This document shows positions 15,239 through 22,544 of a stretch of 31,798 bases of DNA, one piece after another. Every line of letters starts with the position of its first letter. The first letter of the stretch is position 1. Origin of the DNA: Candidatus Sericytochromatia bacterium (GTDB taxonomy: Bacteria > Cyanobacteriota > Sericytochromatia > S15B-MN24 > UBA4093); the NCBI GenBank assembly GCA_044235265.1, contig JBIIHZ010000001.1, positions 1 to 31,798 on the forward strand, written 5' to 3'. Position numbers and translations under genes: made by a program. The notes below the pieces were generated by a model. It saw nothing but the letters and a program-made list of their open reading frames with translations, was not told the DNA's origin and did no database searches.

Positions 15239-16639
15239 GTGGCCCGAGGCGGAATCGTCACTCAGGTCATCCCCGGAAGCCTCGCCGACCAGGCGGGGCT
15301 TCTCGCTGGGGACATCCTCCTGTCCATCAATGGTCAGGAGCTCTCGGACCTGATCGACTATCGGTACCAGATGGCCGACGATCGGCTGGAGCTCGTCTTC
15401 CAGAGGGAGGGCGAGCACCACACCCGTCAGATCGAGAAGGACATCGATGCCGATCTCGGGCTCTCCTTCCAGGACGCGGTCTTCGACCACATCCGCGTCT
15501 GTGCCAATCGCTGCAACTTCTGTTTCATCCTGCAGCAGCCCGAGGGCATGCGGGAATCCCTCTACATCATGGACGACGACTATCGCCTGTCGTTCCTGCA
15601 GGGCAACTTCGTCACGCTCACCAACCTTCCCGAGCGCGAGTGGCAGCGCATCGAGCGCCTGCGACTCTCGCCGCTCTACGTGTCAGTGCATGCGACGGAT
15701 CCCGAGCTGAGGGCGCGCATCCTCCAGCAGCCGCGCGGGCGGCTACTCTTCGAGCAACTCGATCGGATGCAGCGCTCCGGGCTCCAGTTCCATGCCCAGA
15801 TCGTCCTGATGCCGGGCATCAACGATGGCCACCAGCTCGACCGGACCGTCCGGGAGCTGACGGAACGCTATCTCCCGGACCTGCTCAGCATCAACATCGT
15901 GCCCGTTGCCCTGAACCGCTATCGTGAGATCCTGGGGTTGCCCCACATCGATGCCCCCACGCCGGAGTGGTGTCGGGATGTCATCCAGCAGATCAAGCCC
16001 TGGCAGAAGCGGCTCAAGGCCGAGTGGGACGAGGCCATCGTCCAGCTCTCGGATGAATTCTACGTGCTCGGGGAGGTACCGCTCCCGCGGGCTTCTCACT
16101 ACGGGGACTTCGAGAACGTCCAGGACGGCGTCGGCGGTGGGGCACTCCTCGGCTGGGAATGGAAAAAGCTCGCCCGCAAGCTGCCGGCGGTCCTCCCCAG
16201 TCCCGTGCGGGCACAGGTCGTCACGGGCAAGGCGGCTCGGCATCTCCTGGCTCCGCTCTTCGAGGACCTCACCCGGGTCGAGGGGTGCGACCTGCAACTC
16301 GTCGACGTGCCCAGCCGATTCTGGGGGGATCTCATCACGGTGACGGGTCTGCTCACGGGGCAGGATCTCATCGACGAACCCCGGCTGCGAGAGGGAGCCG
16401 GCGAGCTCTGGATCCCGGACATCATGCTCAAGGCCGGGACGGAGGTGTTCCTCGACGACCTCTGCGTGCGCGACGTCGAGGACGCGCTGGGACGCCCGGT
16501 CCGCATCCTGCCGACCACGGCGCAGGGCCTCTTCGACGCGGTCACGGGCACTCATCGCGCCAGTCGCGACGACACCCGGGCGCGGTTCGGTAATTACGAG
16601 CCCGATCTCGGCCTCCAGCTCCGGGCCCGACCTCGCTAG
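15239..16639 (+). CDS. PDZ + radical SAM DUF512 (TIGR03279-type) protein (466 aa)
   Basis: N-terminal PDZ (PGSLADQAGLLAGD), CANRCNFC cluster motif, DDDYRLSFLQGNFVTLTN, LYVSVHATDP and QLSDEFY. GTG at 15239 follows a GAGGAG RBS overlapping the rpsA 3' end. Confidence 0.92.
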   Translation: MARGGIVTQVIPGSLADQAGLLAGDILLSINGQELSDLIDYRYQMADDRLELVFQREGEHHTRQIEKDIDADLGLSFQDAVFDHIRVCANRCNFCFILQQPEGMRESLYIMDDDYRLSFLQGNFVTLTNLPEREWQRIERLRLSPLYVSVHATDPELRARILQQPRGRLLFEQLDRMQRSGLQFHAQIVLMPGINDGHQLDRTVRELTERYLPDLLSINIVPVALNRYREILGLPHIDAPTPEWCRDVIQQIKPWQKRLKAEWDEAIVQLSDEFYVLGEVPLPRASHYGDFENVQDGVGGGALLGWEWKKLARKLPAVLPSPVRAQVVTGKAARHLLAPLFEDLTRVEGCDLQLVDVPSRFWGDLITVTGLLTGQDLIDEPRLREGAGELWIPDIMLKAGTEVFLDDLCVRDVEDALGRPVRILPTTAQGLFDAVTGTHRASRDDTRARFGNYEPDLGLQLRARPR

Positions 16640-16725
16640 GCAAGATTGCCTACGCCGGCAGGCGAATGATCTCCAATCGAGCCGGGTTTAAGGTAACCAT
16701 GTTGCCGCTCGAAAGGAGTGCTTCC

Positions 16726-17649
16726 GTGAAATCTCGTCTGGTATCTCGCTGGGTCCCCCTGCTGGCTCTGGCGCTCATGACCTCGGCCTGCGAGGGCCTT
16801 CCGTCCTCGAACCTGCTCAGCGAGGCCAAGCGCCTCGCGGGCAGTCAACTCGCCCAGGACCTGCTCGCCAACCTCCAGACCGTTTCCACCTTCGACTACA
16901 ACTCGCTTGATGGCCTCAGCTTCACCACCCAGGCCCTTCCGGGGCAGATCGGGCCATCCGCGGCCGGAGGCCCTGGCGCTCGCGTTCCCATGAAGCCCGG
17001 CGCACCCAAGCCTCCTGCCTTCCAGCAGGGGATCGCGAAGATGAAGCAGGGCATGGAGAAGCTCGATCGCCTCAAGAGCCGGATCAAGCCCGGTCCCGAA
17101 CAGGACCTGGAATCCGAAAAGCAGATCGGGGGCCAGAAGGTTCGCGAGCAGCTTCGCAAGCGTGCCGTACCGCGGGGCAAGTCGAGCGAGGCGCACGAGC
17201 TGACGCGCACGCTCGATGAGGATGGTTCGCCGCTCAAGGTCGAGGGGAAGGCCTCCCGCGAACTCGACAAGGGCGCCTTCAAGGCGGACTTCGAGCGCGT
17301 CTTCAACGAGGACGGTTCGGTCGATTCGACCTACAGCGCGGTCGTCACGCGCAAGTCGGATGGTGCCACGCGGAAGGTCGTGTGGGTCCGGCGTCACGAG
17401 GCCGACGGCTCGATGAGCGGGACCGGCACCATCACCAAGTTCGACGGGACCCAGGTGACGGTCAACCTGTCTCGCGATGCCGCGGGCAAGCACTCGATCG
17501 AGGCCTCCGACGCGAAGGCAGGCGTCGGCGTGGCGCTCGGTCAGGACGATTCGAGCTCCCGGGCCACGTCCGTCGTGACCGACCTCGAGAGCAAGAAGTC
17601 GGAACCGTCCGAACTGGATGCCGACGCGGCCGAACCCGCCGTGGAGTGA
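16726..17649 (+). CDS. Putative lipoprotein of unknown function (307 aa)
   Basis: GTG after AAGGAG RBS. Signal MKSRLVSRWVPLLALALMTSA-C22. Charged middle region and beta-hairpin-like C-terminal half. Confidence 0.8.
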   Translation: MKSRLVSRWVPLLALALMTSACEGLPSSNLLSEAKRLAGSQLAQDLLANLQTVSTFDYNSLDGLSFTTQALPGQIGPSAAGGPGARVPMKPGAPKPPAFQQGIAKMKQGMEKLDRLKSRIKPGPEQDLESEKQIGGQKVREQLRKRAVPRGKSSEAHELTRTLDEDGSPLKVEGKASRELDKGAFKADFERVFNEDGSVDSTYSAVVTRKSDGATRKVVWVRRHEADGSMSGTGTITKFDGTQVTVNLSRDAAGKHSIEASDAKAGVGVALGQDDSSSRATSVVTDLESKKSEPSELDADAAEPAVE

Positions 17650-18488
17650 GCCGAGGCGTCGGTCGACCGGATCTCGACGGGACGACCGGCCAGTGCACGA
17701 TAAGGAACGACCAGCAGGCCCGTGGGCGTGCGGAGGCGCATGGTGGTCGGATCGAGATTTTCGATCCGACCACCGGAAACCTCCCCGTCCCGGGCCTGCC
17801 AGCTCAGGACGTCTCCCACCTGGCAGTTCCGTAGCCAGGTCCGGCCCTGGATCAGACTCGCCAGACTCTCTTGCAGGGCAGCCCCTGCGGCGATCGCCAG
17901 GCCGAGCCCGGCCGTCGCGAGCAGGATCGCGACGATCACCTGGAGCAGAGGTGGCACGAGCCTCAGCTGGCTCAGGCATGCCAGCCCCACCAGGGCGAGG
18001 ATGAGGCGCCGGAGCCAGGTGGTCAGTCCCGGTGGTCCCGGTATCCCCGATTCCCGCACCGTCTCCTCCACTGCCCGGGCAAGCGTCAGGCCAAGGATCA
18101 GCAGCAGGATGGCGCTCGCCGCGCCCGGCAGGTAGGTGGCCAGCGTCGTGAGGGTGCTGGCCAGACCGGAGATCCCCATCACGTCCATCGCTCCCGCGGC
18201 TGCCAGCAGGAATGTGCCCCAACGGACGAGACCGGCGAGGAGTTCCCGCGGTTCCAGGCGCATGCCGGAACGGGCGATCGCCGTCTCGATCCCGCACCGG
18301 GCCAGCCAGTCGGGTAGCCGGAGGGCCTCGAGGCCCCGGTCGGTCGCCCGGGCCACCAGCGCCGACAGGAACCAGCCCGCGACCAGCAGGAGCAGGGCTC
18401 CGGTCAGCCGGGGCAGGGCGGCTATCGTCTCGGCCATGGCACCCGTCAGGGCCATCTCGAGGGCATCTTGCCAGCTCGTTTCGGGCAT
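17541..18488 (-). CDS. MscS-related / CmpX-like membrane protein (TM_helix repeats)
   Basis: ALPRLTGALLLLVAGW, ARSGM...LAGLVRW and YLPGAASAIL motifs, C-terminal beta domain (VGDVLS...GRIENLD). ATG after GAGGAG RBS. The 3' end overlaps the convergent lipoprotein gene by 109 nt. Confidence 0.78.
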   Translation of the reverse strand: MPETSWQDALEMALTGAMAETIAALPRLTGALLLLVAGWFLSALVARATDRGLEALRLPDWLARCGIETAIARSGMRLEPRELLAGLVRWGTFLLAAAGAMDVMGISGLASTLTTLATYLPGAASAILLLILGLTLARAVEETVRESGIPGPPGLTTWLRRLILALVGLACLSQLRLVPPLLQVIVAILLATAGLGLAIAAGAALQESLASLIQGRTWLRNCQVGDVLSWQARDGEVSGGRIENLDPTTMRLRTPTGLLVVPYRALAGRPVEIRSTDASAHSTAGSAASASSSDGSDFLLSRSVTTDVARELESS

Positions 18489-18502
18489 CCGGGGGGCTCC
18501 TC

Positions 18503-18781
18503 TCAGGATCTCGGTCGAGGGGGGGGACGGTGCGTCACCCACCAGCCGAACAACCACTCGGCCAGGGCTGCGCCGGCCATGGTCGGGATCACGGCCAGCG
18601 AACCGATGACGGGGCCCCAGTGCCAGCCCAGGTGTCCCGCCCCGTACCCTCCGAGGAGGGCGCCGGGCAGCGCGGCGAGTGCCCCCCCGCCCCATCCCCC
18701 CGGCAGCCTGGCCGGGATCAGGGCCTCGCCGAACAGTCCGGCAACGGTGGCCACGATCAGCACGGTCAGCCAGCCGACCAA
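18503..18781 (-). CDS. GlsB/YeaQ/YmgE family stress-response membrane protein (92 aa)
   Basis: Small Gly-rich 3-TM protein (PGGWGGGALAALPGALLGG...WGPVIGSLAVIPTMAGA). TTG start. Confidence 0.72.
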   Translation of the reverse strand: MVGWLTVLIVATVAGLFGEALIPARLPGGWGGGALAALPGALLGGYGAGHLGWHWGPVIGSLAVIPTMAGAALAEWLFGWWVTHRPPPRPRS

Positions 18782-18812
18782 CGCCCCGTCCCTTCTTCGG
18801 TGTCCACCCTGC

Positions 18813-19859
18813 TCACCGGTGGCTCTCGAGGAGCTTGTGATAGGCCTGGAGGTAGCCGAGGGCCATGCGGCCGGCGCTGAAGCGGCTCTCGACCCACTCC
18901 CGACATTCCCGGGCGGACAGCGTGGCGGTACGAGTTACCCCCGCCACGAGACCGCGCACGTCCCGGGCGATCCAGCCGCTGATCCCGTGGGCCACGACCT
19001 CCCCCACCGCCCCTGCCGCGAGCGCTACCACGGGGGTTCCGCAGGCCATCGCCTCGAGCATCACGAGACCGAACGGCTCGGGCCAGCGTACGGGGAAGAG
19101 CACGCAGCGGGCACGGGCCAGCCACCGCCACTTGCGTGCCCCTCCGACCTCACCCAGCCACCGGATGCGACGCCCGTCGATGTGCGGGAGGACCGTCTCC
19201 CGGAACCAGGTGTCGTGAGCAGGATCGACCTGACCGATCAGCACCAGGGGCAGGGCCATGCGCCGGGCGACCTCCACCGCGAGATCGGGCCCCTTGTCCG
19301 GGCACAGGCGCCCGAGGAAGAGCAGGGGCCCGCGGCGAGGGCCGGACAGGGCCCCCGGTACCGGGATCTCGCTCAGATCGAGGCCATTCGGGACGACCTC
19401 GACGATCCGCAGCGGGGCGGCCCGCAGGGCCTGGAAGCGCGACAGGGCGACGAAGGCATGGCCGGGATGCGCCTCGTAGATCTCTCGCCTCCCCGGCGTC
19501 AGGTCGTTATGCAGCGTCGTGAGGACCGGCGCCCCGGAATTCCCGGCCAGCAGCACCCCACTCGTTTTCGTGTGGTCATGGATGACGTCGAAGTTCGACG
19601 ACTGTTCGAGGACCCAGGCGACGTGGCGTCGTTCGAGGTGCTCGTAGCCCTCGCGATCGCGGCGCGCCAGATCGGCCATCGAGCGGGGCACATAGGATCG
19701 AAGGGGCAGGGTGGTCCTGGAATCGCCCGCCGCGTAAAGCGTGACCTCGTGTCCCAGGGCCTGGAGGGCCCTTCCCAGCGTGTCCACGACCCGTTCGGTC
19801 CCACCGTATCCAGGGGGGGGGACCGGGTGCACCAGCGGGGCGAGCAGGGCGATGCGCAA
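18813..19859 (-). CDS. GT4 family glycosyltransferase (348 aa)
   Basis: TTG start after GAGGAGG gives MRIALLAPLVHPVPPPGYGGTERVV. FLGRLCPDKG and EPFGLVMLEAMACGTPVV motifs. Confidence 0.92.
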   Translation of the reverse strand: MRIALLAPLVHPVPPPGYGGTERVVDTLGRALQALGHEVTLYAAGDSRTTLPLRSYVPRSMADLARRDREGYEHLERRHVAWVLEQSSNFDVIHDHTKTSGVLLAGNSGAPVLTTLHNDLTPGRREIYEAHPGHAFVALSRFQALRAAPLRIVEVVPNGLDLSEIPVPGALSGPRRGPLLFLGRLCPDKGPDLAVEVARRMALPLVLIGQVDPAHDTWFRETVLPHIDGRRIRWLGEVGGARKWRWLARARCVLFPVRWPEPFGLVMLEAMACGTPVVALAAGAVGEVVAHGISGWIARDVRGLVAGVTRTATLSARECREWVESRFSAGRMALGYLQAYHKLLESHR

Positions 19860-20031
19860 ACGGGCCTCCTCCCGCCCCGGTGCCGGGCTGCGCCGTGGCG
19901 GCACGGAGCCATTGCGGCGACCGCGACCCTCATCCTGGCTCCCGTGGGGCCTGCGAGACGAGCGCAACCTGGACCGGATGTTTCGTCCGTGGTCGATGAC
20001 GGGTCCGTGCCTTGTGACCGGGGCGAGGGGG

Positions 20032-20040
20032 TGCTAGGGT
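20032..20040 (+). promoter_or_regulatory. Putative extended -10 (TGcTAGGGT) upstream of the GT20 gene
   Basis: TGnTAnnnT match 40 nt upstream of the TTG start. Confidence 0.3.
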
Positions 20041-20080
20041 CCAGCGGGCTCCATCCAGAGGGGCCGGATCGGGGGGCTGC

Positions 20081-21676
20081 TTGCATCGCATCACCCGCGA
20101 ATGCCGGGATGCCGTCAGGAGGCTCTGGCGCCAGGAACTCGCCGACACGCACCTGGTGATCGTCTCCAACCGGGGTCCTCTCGAGCGCACCGAGGGGAGC
20201 GCCGGCTCGAGGCGAGGCCAGGGCGGACTGGTGACCGCCCTGGCTTCCCTGACGAGTCTCGTGCCTGTGACATGGGTGTCCTCACGGCTGGGGCTCGAGC
20301 CCGGGGTCGAGGAGGCCCGGGGGAGGCTGTCCGATTTTCCTGCGAGGCTCGTGAGCGTCCCGATCGAGGGCGAGCGCTTCTCGGCCTACTATGACGGGTT
20401 CTCGAACTCCTTGCTCTGGTTTCTCCAGCATGGACTCACCCACGCCCCCGTGCATCCGGACTTCGATCCCGCGACGTGGCAGGCCTGGGAGGCTTACCGG
20501 GAGGTCAATCTGGCCTTCGCCCGTGCGATCGCTGCGCTGTTGCGGCAGGACGGCCGCCAGCCCGTGGTGTGGATCCACGACTATCACCTGTACCTGCTGC
20601 CCGGACTGTTGCGGGAACTGGTTCCCGAGGCCGTCTTGCTCCACTTCACCCATGTAGCCTGGCCCTCGGTGGACGCGTGGCGCATGCTCCCGGATGCCGT
20701 GCGACGTGCCCTTCTCGGCGGTTTGCTCGCGAGCGACATCGTGGGATTTCACGTCCCGCGCTTCGCCGAACAGTTCCGGCAGGCCGCCCGGGAACTCGCA
20801 GGTGCCATCGGCCACCCGGGCTCTCCGGAACTCGTCTGGGCGGGGCGGCCCGTTCATGTCCGGGCGTATCCGATCTCGGTGGATCCCGAGGCCCTCTGCC
20901 GGGAGGCCCGTGGCCCGGCCGTCCGGCGCCTCGAATCCGAACTCGTCCAGCAGGGGCTCGGGACCGGCTACAACGTCGTCCAGGTGGCCCGGGTGGATCC
21001 GAGCAAGAATCTGCTCCGCTCCCTGAGAGCCCTGGAACTCTGGTTCGAATCCGTTCCCCCGCGGGCCGGGGAGGTAAGGTTCTGGGGAGTCATGCCGGCA
21101 TGCCGGCTCGGGGCGAGTCTCTACCGGGACCACCTGGCCCAGGTGCAGGAACTCGCGTCTCGCATCAATCGCCGTTTTCCGGGCAATCCCGTGCGCCTGT
21201 CCCATGTTCACAGCCCGGAACGCGCCCTGGCCTGCCTCCGGCACTACGATCTGCTGCTCGTGAATTCTCTGGCGGACGGCATGAATCTCGTCGCCAAGGA
21301 GGGACCGCTCGTCAACCGTCGCGACGGCGTGCTGCTGCTGTCGGAGGCGGCCGGTGCCTTCCATGAACTGGTTCCTGGCGCCTTGCCCGTTCACCCCTTC
21401 GACCTCGTCGGGATGGTGTCCCGGATGGAGCAGGCCTTCCGGATGTCCCGCCGGGAGAGGAGGGCGCGTCAGGCCTGGCTGCGCGCGCGGATCCGGGCTA
21501 ACCCCGTCCAGCGCTGGGTCGCCTCCCATCTGGCAGACGTGGCCGAGGTCATGCGTAGCCGCGCCTCGAACAAGGCGTCCTGGTTCCCGCAGGAGGGTTC
21601 TCGTGATGGATCGAACGGTGTGGCCGCAAGCACTCGAGCGGGCAGGTCTCGCGGGGTGGGTCCCGAATTCCCGTGA
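20081..21676 (+). CDS. GT20 family sugar-phosphate synthase (trehalose-6-P synthase OtsA / glucosylglycerol-P synthase-like)
   Basis: IVSNRGP, GGLVTAL, YYDGFSNSLLWFLQH, WIHDYHL, YPISVD, RVDPSKN and DGMNLVAKE. Product is not assignable from sequence alone. Confidence 0.88.
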   Translation: MHRITRECRDAVRRLWRQELADTHLVIVSNRGPLERTEGSAGSRRGQGGLVTALASLTSLVPVTWVSSRLGLEPGVEEARGRLSDFPARLVSVPIEGERFSAYYDGFSNSLLWFLQHGLTHAPVHPDFDPATWQAWEAYREVNLAFARAIAALLRQDGRQPVVWIHDYHLYLLPGLLRELVPEAVLLHFTHVAWPSVDAWRMLPDAVRRALLGGLLASDIVGFHVPRFAEQFRQAARELAGAIGHPGSPELVWAGRPVHVRAYPISVDPEALCREARGPAVRRLESELVQQGLGTGYNVVQVARVDPSKNLLRSLRALELWFESVPPRAGEVRFWGVMPACRLGASLYRDHLAQVQELASRINRRFPGNPVRLSHVHSPERALACLRHYDLLLVNSLADGMNLVAKEGPLVNRRDGVLLLSEAAGAFHELVPGALPVHPFDLVGMVSRMEQAFRMSRRERRARQAWLRARIRANPVQRWVASHLADVAEVMRSRASNKASWFPQEGSRDGSNGVAASTRAGRSRGVGPEFP

Positions 21677-22403
21677 CGCCAATCTGCGTGCGGTGCGCCA
21701 GATGCTCGAGGGGGTGTCGTTCTACACGTTCGGCATCGGTCTCGTGCACCGGGCCCTGGCGCTGGGGATGCTCGACGAGGAGGGGGTCGTGGCCCTGATG
21801 GCCGAGTCGTGCGGCCTCGAGGGGGCGGAAGCCTTCCGGGAACGGGACGGCTTCATCGCCCCGGAACGGACCGTGGCCGGGATCTGGGCCGCAGCCGCCC
21901 TGATCGAGCGCGTCCTGAGAGCCCGCCCGGGAGCCCGGATGGCTTTCGGGACCGGGCATCCCGGGGCCCTACTGACGTGCTATCAGCGGCTGGCCGCTCA
22001 TCTCGCCGCCCTGGGGGGATGTCCGGTGGCCGGGCCCGTGGGGGCGACGGTGGGAGTCGACTGGGTGCTCGACATGCTGGGAGACGTGGCGGTCACGAGT
22101 GACACCTGCGGCATCCTGCATGGCCACGGTACCCGGGCGATGGAAGCCCTCCTTTCCGCCCGGACGGGGACTGTCGATCTCGTGATCGCCGACCACGGTC
22201 ACGCCGGGGCGGCGATCAATGCCGGTCTCCCGACCATCGCGCTGATGGACACCAACGATCCCGCACTGGCCGTCGCCGCCCGTCTCGGGGCGCGCGATCT
22301 GGTCGTCATCCCTTGCTTCGACAATCGCCCGAATGCCGTCTCGGTTCTCGTGGCCGACCTGATCCACCAGGCCGTGGCGCACCGCCTCGGCGTGCTAACA
22401 TGA
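21606..22403 (+). CDS. Putative non-HAD phosphatase (resembles the Pfam 'Phosphatase' family, PF15698 as I recall) (265 aa)
   Basis: Motifs FGTGHPGALL, LHGH, DLVIADHGHAGAA, DTNDPAL and PCFDN. ATG after GGAGG, overlapping the GT20 3' end by 71 nt. Family assignment is from memory. Confidence 0.7.
   Translation: MDRTVWPQALERAGLAGWVPNSRDANLRAVRQMLEGVSFYTFGIGLVHRALALGMLDEEGVVALMAESCGLEGAEAFRERDGFIAPERTVAGIWAAAALIERVLRARPGARMAFGTGHPGALLTCYQRLAAHLAALGGCPVAGPVGATVGVDWVLDMLGDVAVTSDTCGILHGHGTRAMEALLSARTGTVDLVIADHGHAGAAINAGLPTIALMDTNDPALAVAARLGARDLVVIPCFDNRPNAVSVLVADLIHQAVAHRLGVLT
22393..22401 (+). promoter_or_regulatory. Extended -10 promoter for tRNA-Val (TGcTAACAT)
   Basis: TGnTAnnnT ending 8 nt before the tRNA 5' end. 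Confidence 0.55.
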
Positions 22404-22409
22404 CGGCAC

Positions 22410-22482
22410 GGGCGGTTAGCTCAGCTGGTAGAGCGCCTCGTTTACACCGAGGATGTCGCGGGTTCGAGTCCCTCACCGCCCA
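22410..22482 (+). tRNA. tRNA-Val (anticodon TAC), CCA not encoded
   Basis: Cloverleaf: acceptor GGGCGGT/ACCGCCC, D-stem GCTC/GAGC, anticodon stem CCTCG/CGAGG with loop TTTACAC, T-loop TTCGAGT, discriminator A. Confidence 0.97.
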
Positions 22483-22544
22483 CTTCCTTTTCCCGGATGA
22501 TCGATGGGGCTTCCATCCACCGGTGTTCATCCAGGAGGGCAGAC

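Noticed and set aside
14092-15261. 389-aa antisense ORF covering rpsA (and many similar long antisense or off-frame ORFs, e.g. 3748-4779, 8640-10178, 16636-18297, 18468-20159, 20282-21682, 22551-24035)
   Set aside because: Shadow frames expected from high GC3 codon bias. They have no motifs or are Arg/Pro/Gly-rich and fully overlap well-supported genes.
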